Part shown: in pieces, positions 1-13,941 of the stretch
How the letters are laid out: each line of letters begins with the position of its first letter
How positions within the stretch are numbered: the first letter of the stretch is position 1
Assembly (NCBI GenBank): GCA_013265495.1
Contig: MU058463.1
Coordinates: 248,001 to 312,000 of the forward strand
Direction: 5' to 3'
From: Vicugna vicugna
Lineage: Eukaryota
Length of the DNA stretch: 64,000 nucleotides
Made by a program: the position numbers and the translations under genes
The notes under the pieces: model-generated
What the model was told of the DNA's origin: nothing
What the model saw: only the letters and a program-made list of their open reading frames with translations
Databases searched by the model: none

Positions 1-44
1 TATATTTATTAATAAATGTTAGCCCTTATTCAAAAATTCCATTA

Positions 45-420
45 GGTTTAGAGAGGCCTAGAGCCTATGCATATTTGTGGAACATTTATAAGAAATTAAT
101 ATGAAATTTGGCACAAAATAGATATTTATTTAGAAAGAGAATGAATCACAAGAAATTGTATACATTAAAAGTAAACAATACTGTCAACATCACATAATCA
201 GAGAAACAGCATAACACTTCTGGCATAAATTTCCTGGTGTACTATATAATGTATCTTCTCCTAAATTTGTTTCTTTATATTTTTTGATTGATTTTTCATA
301 TAATGATGGTTACATACTATCATTATCTATGCAGATAATAGAAATATAGTTTAGTCATTTTCATGCGTAATTAATTTTTAAATTGAATCTTTGATTTTTT
401 GCTATTAATAATTTTAGATT
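45..420. mobile_element. Old hAT-Tip100 DNA transposon relic (Zaphod/MER115-like)
   Basis: Motifs 'atttatttagaaagagaatgaatcacaagaaatt' and 'caacatcacataatcagagaaa' resemble the recalled Zaphod consensus; highly diverged. Confidence 0.4.
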
Positions 421-1589
421 CAATAATTATCATCTGATTATCATTTTTCATCTTGTATCTATTCACTATTTCTGCACTTTATCCTTGATTAGATCAGCTA
501 CTATTTGATCTATTTTATTTCTTTCATTCAAAGAAAAAAGGTTTGATTTAAATATTATTTCTGCTTCTATCTTGCTTCCCATCTCATTGATTTTTCTTTT
601 TCTTTAAATTATATTTCCATCTATCTACTTTCTTTTTGATTTCTTTTGTTGGTTTTATTCTATTTTGTATATGTCTGTGTGTTGAGAATTAACTAAAAGA
701 ATCCTAAGAAACTGTGTAGCAGTATGTTCCTCCCATTCTAGACTTTATTCTTTTTTTGTAGTACGATACTGTTTTTGGATTCTTCTGTTTGTAGGTGGTT
801 GATTTTTAAAAAGTCAATTTCAAAAAGGAAATTCATGTATTCAATCACTGGTTAACCTTAATCACTCATATTTTATAGTAATGTACATTTATAAAAATTC
901 TTTGTTATTAACCATGCTACTATCTTTAATTAATATTTTTTGGAACAAAAATATGCCAGAAAGATGGTTAAATGAACAAACATATTAAAATTTGTGCATT
1001 CTTGACATTTTACTAAAAAGCTAATAAAGTGACATATAAAGGCCATAAAAGCACAAATTCAGGGACAAAAGAGAAAAGAGTAGCAGGAAAAGTTTGGATC
1101 GAAAAAAGCAATTGGATGGATGTTAATGACTTGGCAGATTTAGAAAATTTAATCTTGATCTAGCAATGGATTAAAGTAAAAATTAATTTAAATTATACAG
1201 CAAAAATCTCTCAGAGGTTCAAGAATTTGTGACACCAAGGAACTTTGGATACAGAAGTTAATTTACAGTAGCTGAAAAGCTCAAATAAAGAAGACTGGAG
1301 GAAATTCTGTTTTAAAAATAATTATCAGGGATATCAAACTAGTACTTAAACATAAAGATGAAAACCCTAATGACAAAAGAATGAAATGGCCATAAAGTAA
1401 AAACAATGAAACATTTTTAACAACCCCTCTGTGGCATTTTGGCTGCAGCTTCTGGCATATTTCATTTTTTCTATATTTCTTAAATATCCAAACTTATCTT
1501 TCCAGTACCTCAATTGTCAGACTACTTCAGCCTTTTTTCTGGTCTCATTAAAATATTGAAACATGTCTGACTTGAACCACAGAGAGATT

Positions 1590-2020
1590 TTCAATGTCAC
1601 CCAAATCAATGGACATTTCTACTGCTATTTCACTTGACTACACTTGGAAACTTTATTTGCAACCCCAGATTTAATGACCACCTTAACTTAACACAGATAA
1701 ATTATACATATTTACTGATAGACTTTAATCCCAAATTAATGCCTTCAAAAATTTTTTAGACTTATCATTAACACATAATATTCAATATATCAAAAACTAA
1801 CATACAGCTTCCTACAAATCTGGTCATTTGTTTTGAATCATCTCTTAATAAACGGCTTTACTGCCTGTTAGATTTTGTAAGGTATCCATGGACAACTCAT
1901 GTTACACTGTCTTCCTAATTCCTTTCAGCTAACTCATCATGAAATTGTCAGTTTTACCTCCAAAATAGCTCTCACAGTTACTACTGTGTCTACTGCTACT
2001 TCCCAACTTATTGTGATATT
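1590..2020 (+). mobile_element. L2 LINE relic
   Basis: 'ccaaatcaatggacatttct...cacttgact' and 'caatatatcaaaaactaa' resemble the L2 RT/3' region. Confidence 0.5.
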
Positions 2021-2929
2021 TAATTTAAAAAATCAAATTGAGAAAACTAAATATCCTACCTAAAATGTTTCTCCATTTTAAACCTCTAGTTATTTTTTCA
2101 AACTTGTAGTTTGGGAGAACAATGGTAGCTGCTTGATTGTGAAAATCTCCCACACTCTTGCTCAAAAAAATAATAAAAGAGGCTAAATTGAAATCACACA
2201 TGGCCCAGAAATTCAGCATTAGTAGGAAACAGAAAATACTGCCACATTCCAAATACCCATGAATAGAGAAAATATATTCCAAAGGGACACCCACGTTCAT
2301 CTCACTACTACAACCCTATGTTTACTGACAGTACAAAAAAAAAAGGAGGCTTAAGAGACTCTGAAAAAGAGTAAAGTGGAAATGAAAATGTAGATGAAGC
2401 AACCCAAAAAGAGAAAGTCCAATATAAATGCTGAAATACCATCTTAGTAATCCCCTTCACTGGTTATAAGGAAAGGACTTGAAAATGAGTGAGACCAGAA
2501 CTAGAAGCCACAAAGAAGCATCTTATCTGGAGGAAAATCAGTTCTAGGGAGAGATTATATAAAATTCTAATACTGTGCTGCTGACATATGAAAAGGACAA
2601 GACACTAAAGAAATATGATTAAAAACTTACAGAACTAGATCTATCTTAATATGGGAACAATTAGAGAATTACACCTCAAATCCCCATGACATTAAAAAAA
2701 AATTTAGACAACTAGATAGCCATTCAGGAATGAACGAGTGGATGAATGATTTAATCAGTTCCTTACCACCATACACAGGAATGAAACTGCAGAGATTTAA
2801 TTGTCAAAAAGTTGAAATATATAAGTATTGGAAGAAACACTGAATTGAATTATCAATATCACAGCTATATAGAAATATATGATTATTACTATGTATGATT
2901 AAATTCCAGGTGAAAAAAAGAAACCAAAT

Positions 2930-3260
2930 AAATATGACTACATAAAATAACAAAACAACCATAGCTTTCAGGTAGAGCACATCATGACTAAAGTTAATAG
3001 ATAAAGGAGAGACCAAGAAAATATTCGCAATGTATATCATGGAAAAAGGGCTAATGCCTGTAGTATGAAAGGAAACATTAAAAAATTGAGGAAAAATGGG
3101 AGTAAAAATCCTAATGGGCAGAGGACATTAACATACAAAACTGCCAAAACGTGTAAAAATTTTGTGAAATTTATACTTCATAAACATGTAAAAAACTGTT
3201 CAACTTTACTCAAATAATTACAATAGTGAATTATTTTTCATCTATAGAAGAATCTAAAAG
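2930..3260 (+). mobile_element. Old L1 (L1ME-like) ORF2 C-terminal fragment
   Basis: 'aaaatattcgcaatgtatatc...aaagggctaat', 'aatgggcagaggacattaaca' and 'aaacatgtaaaaaactgttcaac' match degenerate KIFA..KGL / KWA..N / KHMKKCS coding. Confidence 0.55.
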
Positions 3261-3289
3261 AAGACCAATATGAAATGCCAAATATTCTA

Positions 3290-3775
3290 AAAATACAGAG
3301 ATTAGCAAGGATATAAAAGACTTGAAAAAACACTATTATGTAATTCAACTTGACAACCATAAAATGACTGCAGAAGACACATGTCTTTTAAACACACTTG
3401 GAAAACTTCTAGGATGGACATATGCTAGAAATAGAACAAGTTTTAATAAATTTAAAAGAATTATTATAATAAAAGTATATTTTTTTCAAACAATGAAATC
3501 CATTTGTTAACAACAGAAGGAAATGTGGGAAATCTTCAAATATTTCGAAATTTTAAAAAAATTACATAATTTGTCAAAAAAAGAATTAGAATGGAAATTA
3601 GAATATGTTTTTAATGAAATGAAAAACAAAACTCTGTAGGACATCAAAATCTGTGGGATGCAGCTATAACATTACAAAGAGGGCAATGTGTATCTTTAAA
3701 AGTCAGTATCTGAAAAGGGCCTCTAATGAATAACGCAAGTTTTTTAATTAACATACTAGAAAAAGAAAAGCATAT
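3290..3775 (+). mobile_element. Old L1 ORF2 endonuclease/post-EN fragment
   Basis: 'ggacatatgctaga...aacaagttttaataaatttaaaagaat' and 'aaatctgtgggatgcagctata...agagggcaat' (NLWDAAK..RG), with many stops and frameshifts. Confidence 0.7.
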
Positions 3776-5159
3776 ATACATACATTACACGACGTTATTT
3801 GACATGGAAAAGGACTTTTAGATTTGACAATATAAAATTCATTGACATTGTAAAGATGGTTTCAGCAGCCATGAGAGGAAGAATGAGTGAATAATAAAGA
3901 ATATAACTCAGTCTGTTGGTTTTGTTGTTCTCTTTCCTTCTTTTGTTTACTTATTGGAATTGCATACACAAGAAAGTCGGTACCACTGAAAAATGTAAAA
4001 TGCTTAGATGTCAAACATCTGAAATTTCTTTAGTGTTATTATTCTGTCATTCAACAATTACTTATTAAGCAACTTTTGCATGATAGGCAATTTCACATCA
4101 TGGGAATATGGTGATAAACATATCACAGAACTCTATAGGTTGCCCTATGGGAAACCCTTTCAAGTCATGTCACTGAAAAATCTTACATATTTGAGAGAAA
4201 ATCATGATATAGACTGCAATGGCATTTTCATGCTTTTGTGCCACCTACTCACCCCACAAAACTACACATAAACTTCAAGTTATGGTAGACTTGTGGATGA
4301 TTTTATACTACTTGTGTATTTTTCTGTTCTTTTTTCCAAATTTTGTTATAAATGTGTTTTTATAATCAAGGAAGAAAGAATTATGTATACACACATATTT
4401 ATTTACATATGAAAATATGTATATATGTTTTCAGCATATTTGAAGTGTCTCAAGAATTCAAATATTCTCACTAGTACAGAAGTTTGTAGCAATAAAATGT
4501 AAATATATGCAATTAGAAATTGGCTTTTCTGAAACACTCAAGCTTAATCACAATTTATAGCTGAATCATAGTGCATGGATTTATTAATACAATGTCACTT
4601 TCAGATTGTTATGAAATATTTTATTTTCTTGCATAAAATTGATAAATATGTATAACAAAATAAGCCTCTGTACTGGCAGTTTTGAAAGCTTGGTTTTAAG
4701 GCTTTTATTTTTTTTAGAACTATTCAATTATCCTTCTACAAACAAAAGTATGTCTGTATTTCTGAGAATGTATTAGTATATAAAAATCAATATATCTATA
4801 GACCTATTTTAAAGCAGACTCTCAAGAAAAGGCTGGCAGTAAATCTGTGAATTTTCCATAGTTAATCTTTATATTTTGACAAAATTTTTTCAGAATTTTG
4901 TTTTTAAAATCAAAATGAAATAAACTCAATTAAAAAGAAAATAAAAAATCAGATAGTAAAATGAATAGCAAAATATTATTTTAAATAATCATCTATTCTT
5001 TTTTAACACTGCATAATGCTATATTAAACCTCATATAGATTAATTCAATTAGATATAAACTTAAATAAATTTATAAAGAATTTATAGGACTTAGGACTTA
5101 ACATTGAGAAAACATATTTTGATTATTCTGCCCTTGAATTGAGTTTTCCAATAATCAGA

Positions 5160-5470
5160 CAGTAGAAGCAAACAGATGGGAGGTATGCAAAGATAATAGG
5201 AAGAGAAAAAATTTTGGACTGTGTAGCAAAATAAGCAGGTAATTGCTTTCCATTTCTTTCATGAAGTTGAAAGTGAAGCTATTCACTGACAGCGACGGGG
5301 TGAGCAGCAAGGTCAGAAATTTTAGGAGAGAAAACAGTTTTAAACTTCCTTGGGCAAAGATAGCTAAGAAGGAAAATGCAGAAAAGAAGAGAGAGTTCAT
5401 TATAGAGCTTGATAAATTGGATAAACTGGAAAAGTATGCAAGTGAGTAATAGTAAGAGTTACTGGTCAAG
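5160..5470 (-). mobile_element. L2 relic (purine-rich on + strand)
   Basis: 'attgctttccatttctttcatgaagttgaaagtgaagctattcactgacag' resembles antisense L2; accounts for the spurious ORFs at 5155-5469. Confidence 0.45.
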
Positions 5471-8400
5471 GGCTAGGAGTCATCAGTGATAGCTTTCACA
5501 GCAATAAAATAAACAAAACAACGAAATTGAACTTACAACTTATTTACAATTTGCACAGAACAGGAAAGTGTTCTTGACAACACTGGGAACCAGAGGTGAG
5601 GGTGGGTGGAAAAAGTCTGATGTTCAGGGGCATTTCTGTAAATCCATTTTTTTTTTTAACATTTGTTAGTCGTTTATGCAATCTTAACACTTGATGTAAT
5701 GAAGAAAAAGTTTTTTAAAAATTCTTAATTTTTTAAAAGGGGAAATCAGTCTCTTAAAAATGATTACTCTCTCCCCTGAGCCCTGGTTTGTCCTTTATTT
5801 GCATCTCTATTGATTATAGATTGCAAGAATCATTAATACATATTTACTAGCTTTCCTTCCCACTTTTAAATAATACTAAAATAATATAATTTTTAATAAT
5901 ATATAGTTAAGGATAATAACTATATCCTCTACACACTAATAATCGTAATAGTGATCATGTTGGTGAAACACCACTGTGGCAGAGCAGTTTGCACTTATCG
6001 AGCACCTACCACGCCAATTTGCTTTTATTTGTCCTCCAAACTTACAGTATCATCTCTTATTTACATTTAGGGAAGTGTCCCCTTTAAAGTCTAGAGAAAT
6101 CTCTATAAATTAAAAAGATGAGGAAAAGAGAGAAAATATATTTATTGTTTCTGTATTTTAAAGTCATAATTTTTATAAAATAGAATCAAGTTTATGTTTT
6201 ATGGATTTCAATCATATTTCTCTTAACTCCTATGTAAAATAGAGTTATCTTATAATCGGACTAGTTTAGCACTAAGCTTTATCCTCAGGGAAGGCTGCAT
6301 GTCTGATGTTGATCCTTGCCCATAAACAGGATAAAATATGTAGCTTTAAGTTTGGAACTCATCTGGAGAGAGCCAGGACTAGCTTGTCTACATTGCTTAG
6401 GAATATATTATTTTACAATTTATACTTAGTTTAGCTAGTTATACAAACTGGTTTGGTTATGTGAGCAAAGGAGTAAAATATACCACTGTAAATTTTTGCC
6501 TTGGCCCTCCTGAAACCACAATTCCTTGCACATATCTTTTTGGTTCTTACAGATGAAACATCCTTTATGACTGAGAAAGAAGCTTGGAGACCTGCATTGA
6601 AATTTTCAGACCCTCAATGATTGCCTGATCTTTCTGTTGCTGCTTTAAAAGCCTTATGTAAGTACACACATGAGGCTCTGAATCGCTTTGATTTATCTGA
6701 TCATGGGTAATTGGTGTAGCTTCCAAAGTCTGCCGTTTTAGGATACTGACATATCTTACTAAAACTGATCAGCAGTTTTGACTCTTGAAGTTGCTTAATT
6801 CTCTGATTGAATATACCACCTGGATCCATCCTGGTTTCCATTTCTGGAACAACAAATTCAAGCTAAGAAATCTGAGCTAGGTAGGCTATTCTTCGCAAGA
6901 TGTCTGAGTTCATGTCAGGTGGAGTCTTATCCAATAACAAGGGTTAAATTTGCACAAAAAATTTCACTATTACTGACAAAATACTAGCTTCAAGGTGCCA
7001 ATATTTTGATGTAGACTGTCAATCCCTCTATTTTTATTGATGAGTTCATTTTGTTTCAGAACTATTTGACATCTTTTAACTTCTTAATAATTATTCTGCT
7101 TAAATGAATAATGGTAGCTGCATTTTTAAAGGGTATTTATTATTTAATAGTATTTACATGAATAATCTGAAAATATGTTTGGTTAGCTATTTATCATTTT
7201 CTTTAAATACTACATGTAATAAACATTACTTTAATGTGTAAACTTCATTAATATTTCATAAATCTTTTCTAAAAGGCTTGTTTTCTGAATTATTTTAGAT
7301 AACACAAAAATTTTTTTCAAGCCAAAAGTAGTTTTCAAAAGTGATTTGAGTTAGTCATACCACGAGTACTTAGCCTCTGTGATAGTGGATTTGTTTAAGG
7401 AAATTTGGGGTCACTATTCTAGTCACAGGCTGGAGCCAATTTAAATACGAATTACCTCTTTTGAATACATGAAAGTGCCCTGGGTCAGAAAGTAATTTTT
7501 ATCACATCAATCATATCTGTCTGCTGCTCAACACTTTTCAGTTTTACACTGTCATGATCAAACTGACTGCAAATAAGGGACACTGGTTTTAAATATTATT
7601 TTTAGATTCAGAATCATTGTATATTATACTATTTTCTCTCATAAAGATAACTGACAAATGTAAACATACTTCAAACTATTTGTCAAATCAAAAGAAATTT
7701 ATTTTCATTTGTTATTTCAAAATTTCATTAAACTTCTTAAATGGAATGGTTAAACATGTATAATTCACCTTACACTAACACATGCATTAAGATAGCATAT
7801 TTACATAGAAGTAAACAGTTTGAAAAACAAATTATTACACCAAACATTTCTTGCTCTTCCCAAAGGTGTAAGTAATGGGGTCTATGGGATTGGTTTTCTA
7901 TATTTGGGATCTGGTATAGGTTGGTTTTCTATATTTGGGATCTGTTTTTGCCTTACTTTTATTTTTAATTTATATTTTTAGATTAAATAAATCTTAAATT
8001 TTAGTTTAAATAAAACTATTATTATTACTATTGTTTACGCTGTTACTGTTTTTAGGAGAATGATTGGTTAAGACTGCTTGGACTGCTGCTGCTTTACTGT
8101 GAGTGGTAAGAAGGAAAAGTTAAGCTTGCCAGGGGTTAAAACCTCATGGATGATGGCAGAGGAAGAAAGGGCAGCACCAAACTTCTGGCTTAAGAGAATG
8201 CAAGTCTGGAAGAGTTGCTGCAAATAAAGGAAGAAGTGACACATGGGGAATTGCTGGATATCTACCAGCAATCATGGGTATGGATTTTTTTTCCCCAGTT
8301 TTACCTAGACTCCTATGGTGTTTCCTATTTTGCTCTGTATTGTGCTTGGCTAGCCAAGTGGTCTCCATTTCTTTTTCTAGAGGTATTGACCTCCGCATGG

Positions 8401-8619
8401 ACTATGAAGCAAAACATTTCATAAAATCTGCAGCACTCTGATAAAAACTTTACTTTAGAGCTGTCTGCTGGTGGAAAGTTCTCTTCATACCAGAGGAATA
8501 AAAGCTCAGATATGTTGCATGACCATAATTATTTTCCTTGCAGCCAGTGTTTGTTGCAGAGGATGGTGGATTCATACATAATCTTGTTTTCACCTACCCA
8601 AGGCAGCCTCTGACGACTG

Positions 8620-9379
8620 TATATGCTACTGTAACCTTGAGAGCTTTGCAGTACTTAAATACTTTTCCTGATGAAATTAGTGATGATATTAACAAACATT
8701 AATTTTAATATTGTTTCAAAATGTATCAAATATTAGAAGAACTAAATTATTTAGTGAACCAATATTTTCAAAATAACCAAAGAACAATTTTACAAAATCA
8801 TGTATGTGTAAAAGATTTAGCTATGGCACAAGATGGACTACTAGATTTTAATCTAATGGAATTGTAAAAATTTGTTGGTATATTTTTAGGATGCCACTGG
8901 GCAAATATTTTTTAGGAGACCACCACTTGCTGAGTGTTGGTATAGTATCAAAACACATTATCTGAAAAGATTGCTTGAATAATCTCCTTCTGCAACTATA
9001 TATCTGTGAAAGGGCAATTTTCTTCATATATTGGAAGCAAAACAATGTATTGCAATAAAATGCAGAAATGAATATGAGAATCCAACTGTCTTAATACAGA
9101 CATTAGAAATTTGTAAAACTGTAAAACAAAGCCATTTTCTCACTGATGTTCTTAATACAACTATTTTCATTAAAAATTTTATTTATGTTATCCTATAGTA
9201 TACTAATTATGGTTATTTTTAAAAGTCTAAATAAATAAGAATATTTAAAATTTTTCAGTATTAATTTATTTTATGTACATTTTGATAATATCATCAGCAT
9301 AATAAACAACACTTTGGTATTTACAATAATTTTTTAAATTATAAAGGTATCATGACACCAAAAAGTTTGAGAATCACTG
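8620..9379 (+). mobile_element. hAT DNA transposon Charlie1-like, 3' part with terminal inverted repeat
   Basis: Degenerate transposase C-terminus ('caactatatatctgtgaaagggcaattttcttca', 'gagaatccaactgtct') and terminus 'aaaaagtttgagaatcactg'. Confidence 0.75.
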
Positions 9380-10169
9380 CCATAGGGACCCTTTCTAAAT
9401 TGAGGCACGGTCTCATTAAGGAAAACTGAACTGTTATAATTTTTTTATGCAGCATAAAAAGTTTTATTTAGACATTTTCCTTTAAAATTATATAGCAGCG
9501 ATCATTACTCTTGTTGCTGATGTTGTTAAGATTAACTTTTAAAATTGTTCAAGTTAATTTTTTTAGCAAGATATAAGGCAGTAGTTTGTGGTTTGGGGAA
9601 TATGGATCTACTGTCTCTACAATCTGCTTACAGAAGCTGTCTGGCTTCATGAATATAGAGACCAATGTTAACACTTCAGAGGAAGAGATCAATTAAGGTT
9701 CATTCTTCATTCTATTTCTTTACCATGAGGGGAGAATCCCCAGAGAATTTAACGGAACCATTTCCATGCTCTAGCAAGGGAGGACTTGTTGAAATATTGG
9801 TTTCTCCCCTGTGAACAGCTTAGCAATTTGTACAAACATTTATACTTACCCCCAACTGGGAATTTGATAAGCGTCACATTTTTGTCCCTTCCTACATTCA
9901 CTTCAATTTAGTAAATCCTTTGAGACTTTGTAATAGCAGACTTTCAAGAGATTGTATTGTTTGGGGACTTTCTATATTGTGTTAGCTATGGCTTTTCTTT
10001 CAGCTAACTAAAAATATTTAAAATAGTAATATGAGCAAATCTAAAGTTAAAACTGATGTCAGTTACTTAGACTCTGAGACAAACCAAAATAGCAAAGATT
10101 TTTCCTGTCAGTAAAGTTTTATTTCAACATAAAAGTAAAGATCTTCCTCTACTGAATTTTTAAATAAAA

Positions 10170-11405
10170 ATTCTACTTTTTAAAGCAGGTTGACATTCAG
10201 TGCAAAATTAAGAGAAAGGTATAGATTTCCCATATATTCTTGCTCCCAATACATGCAGAGCTTTCCCCATTATCCATATCCTCTGCCAGAGGGTACATTT
10301 GCTACAACTGATAAACCTGCATTGACACATCATCATCACCTATAGTCCATAGTTTATGTTATAATTCACTATTGGTGTTGTACATTCTATGGGTTTGGAC
10401 AAATATGACATATATTCATCATTAGAGCATCATACAGAGTATTTTCACTTCCCTAAAAATCTTCAGTGCTCCACCTTTCTATTCCTTCCCTCAATGACTT
10501 TTTTATTGTTGCCATAGTTTTGCCTTTTCCAGAATATTAATAGCTGGAATCATACTTAAGTAGCCTTTTCAGATTGCCTTATTTCACTTAGCAATAGGCA
10601 TTTGAAGTTCTTCCATGTTCTTTTGATGGCTTGATAGCTCATTTCATTTTAGCACTGGGTAATATTCATTGTCTAGACTGTGCCTACTAAAGACACATTG
10701 TTTCTTCCAAGTTTTGCAGTTTTGAATAAAGCTACTAAACATACTCATGTGCAAGTTTTTGTGTGGATATAAGTTTTCAACCCCTTAGGGTAAATGTCAA
10801 GGAGATTGATTGCTGAATTATGTAGTAAGAGTACATTTAGTTTTGTAAAAAAAAAAAAAAAATCAAATTTTCTTCCAAAGCGTCCGTAGGATTATTCATT
10901 TCCACGAGCACTGAATGAAAGTTCCTGTTAGATGTATTTGCCAGCATTTGCTGTTGTCAGTGTTCTGGATTTTGGTCATAGGTGTGAAGTGGTATCTTGT
11001 TTTCATATGCATTTCCCTGATGACCTAGGATGTAGAACATCTCTACACATACTTACTTGATCTCTCTGTTTTCTTTAGTAAGGTGTCTGTTAAGGTCTTA
11101 AGCACATTTTAAAATCTAGCTGTTTTCTTTCTTGAGTTTTAAGTGTTCTTTGTCTATTTTGGATAACAGCCTTTGTCAGATGGGTCTCTGGTAAATATTT
11201 TCTCCCAAGCTTGTCCAATCTGACAAGTCTGCAGTTTGTCCTCCCATTCTCTTGACATTGTCTTTCACAGAACAGAAGTCTGCAGTTTTAAGGACATCCA
11301 GCCTTATTAGTTCTTTCTCATGGATTGCGCCTTTGGTGGTGTATCTAAAAATCATCACCATACCCAAGGTCATCGAGGTTTCTTCTACGTTATCATGTAG
11401 GAGTC
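10170..11405 (-). mobile_element. L1MC-type LINE-1 3' end (3'UTR plus ORF2 C-terminus), 5'-truncated
   Basis: Colinear with the element at 51885 onward ('gcaaaattaagagaaaggtataga', 'catcatcacctatagtccatagttt', 'atggcttgatagctcattt'); ORF-track peptide 11176-11373 resembles degenerate ORF2. Confidence 0.85.
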
Positions 11406-13099
11406 ACCTACTAATTTTCCATCAGAATAAACCTTTAATATTTTCTTGTATAAATCTTTCTAAGTCTATAAATTCTCTCTTTGGTGGGGGGTAAAAACGG
11501 GGGAAGGCAGCTTTTTAAAGCCCCTAAATTTAGCTGACTGTGAAGGGACAGTCTCAGTGTTTTACTTTATACATGTTTCTATGAAAAATGTAAGGTCTGT
11601 TGTGAGAGTGGATTTTTCATTAATATAGTCTGTTGCCTGTTTCCAGTTTACTTGGGAGTTTCCAACTCTTCAGAAGGTGTCTTCCAATCCTTCTCTCCCC
11701 TTTGGTAGCTAAAATTTTAAAGTAATTAATACTCATAGAAAGGAGCTTCTGAGAGTCAAAAAAAAACGTGTGATGTATTTAGGATCAATTCTGAAACTCT
11801 GACTGACTAGCTAAATGCTCTCTTGTGAGCTCACTGTCTGATGCTGTAAAACCGTGATCTTGTGGTATGCATGTGCTTATTTACCCTCAACAAACTGTAT
11901 GACCATGTATGATACATTTGTTTTTAATGCTTTATATGTAAACTGTCTTAAGAATCTTATGCATGCTTCTTTGTCTTATAAATTTCTTCATGTTTGTTTT
12001 GTGTGTGTATGTTTCTATTCTAACAGCAACTTTTGCAGCTCTAATTCTGTATTTCTTCAACTATTTTTTGCATGTAAAAGAGAAAATAGTATCTGAAACT
12101 TCAAAGTAAATTTTAGACAGTAAAAATATGGTAACATTTGTTACACTCAAGCCTCAAATCTTAAAACTTTGACACTCTAGGGGAGTAATATTAAAGGATT
12201 TAAAATATAGTTTTACAATGGCTCTCCAGAATTTTCTATCTCTACAAGTTTTATGCTAAATAGGTGTGTATATTATACTAGTGAGGTAAATGAAGAGAAA
12301 GCACCCCCTTACATGAGAGAAGGTAAATTATTCCAAGCCCTGCTTACACAGAGGGCTTCAAAATTGAAAGATCACGTATGAACTGGTGGGCACAGAGTTG
12401 TTAAACTGAGATTTGATTCACTTTATCCCACATAACATAACAGAGTCATAAGTGAATTATGATTGAATCATCACAGTTCCATGATTTGACGTGGATATCT
12501 GGAAAATAACTATTTTTCCTGAACCACTATAATTCCAAATTTATAATAGCTGTGAGAATTTTATAAGGTAGTGTAAGGAAATTACTTAGCTTTGTATATG
12601 ATACTTAAGGAAATTTTTAAAAACAATAGCATCAATAGAGAAGAGAAAAAATAATAAGTTTTGATAAAGTCCACAGAAATGATAAGAAAAATCAATTTAT
12701 TGAAACAATTAGGAAGTTCTGCATCTTGATCAAGTGATAAGAAGAAAAAGAATTAACAAAATGTTTAATTTTCCATCATTACATAGGAATAGTCACTCCA
12801 TAGCACAAAGAACAGAAATGTAAGAAACAACAGCATAGAGCTAAAATTTGTCAGGTTATTTTTTAGCTATGTTTTTTGATATTTGGTTTATTTTAATTTT
12901 AAGAGAATGAAAGTACTTTAAAACATATAAGATGAAGGAAACAACTTTGCATATTTTCTTATTGATTTAACTCAGTTTGCTACTTATTTCTAACATGTTA
13001 GGGTATTTTTGTCATGGAATTGTTTAGAGCATGCTTTGAGAAAAGATAAAATGAGAAGAACATAAATACTAATAAAAAAGGAGAATAAAAGCAAATACT

Positions 13100-13270
13100 T
13101 ACAAAGTTTTCATTAATGAATGTGTGTATCACTTATGGATATATGTATGATTTCAACCAGTTCTTATAACAACCATTTATATGGGAAATATTTAACCCTC
13201 CATTTACAAATAAAGAAACTAGAAAGACAGTGAAGTTTACCAGCTAAAGACTGGTATGAATACATGTATT
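13100..13270 (-). mobile_element. MIR SINE relic
   Basis: 'aaccctccatttacaaataaagaaactaga' resembles the MIR core. Confidence 0.45.
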
Positions 13271-13889
13271 GCCACACAAAGTTTGCTTTATTCACTTGCT
13301 ATAGTCAGGAAGAATAAACACCATAGGAACTACAGGGCACCTCAAAAGAAGGACAATTAGAGAAAGGTACTCACAGTATTTTGGGAACTAGAGTTAGAAG
13401 ATTATGTTGGCAAGCATTGTTCAGACTTGTAAACCAGGTGCATTGCTGGAATAGTTAGTAGCCTTATTTTAGAGGATGACTCATTAAAATCTGTGTATGG
13501 TCTTATCTTAGAGCAAATGGATCCCAAAAAATTGATATTAAAGGGATTTGGACTAAGTCTCTAATCATAGTTTGGCTTGGTACAGATTTTCTATTTTGTG
13601 GAATATGATGTAGTTCATTTTGCAAGTTGTGGTTTCTATTAAATCCTCAGTTCTACCATCATAGTCCAGACTCTAACAGGACTCTTTTTTCACCTTTTTT
13701 CGGATACAGAGAATTATTTTCCAAATTTTTAAATTAAAAAATGAGGTAGAGGTATATTAGGTAACCTGAGTGAGATTAAACAGGGTTTGAAATTAGAATT
13801 TGTGGCTTCCCTGTTTATGCCAGTGACCACCATGCCTGTGGCCTCTTACAAGTAGAAGCATGACAGAAAGAAGCTGTGTTGGGAAGAAA

Positions 13890-13890
<1 letters not shown>

Positions 13891-13940
<50 letters not shown>
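13891..13940. repeat. (TG)25 perfect microsatellite
   Basis: Read directly from the sequence. Confidence 0.99.

Positions 13941-13941
<1 letters not shown>

Noticed and set aside
900..2700. Possible old L1M/HAL1 5' region fragments
   Set aside because: Too diverged to support by eye
8056..8424. Overlapping short ORFs and possible splice sites (peptide ENASLEELLQIKEEVTHGELL)
   Set aside because: In-frame stop at 8191, weak splice signals, and no recognisable protein family
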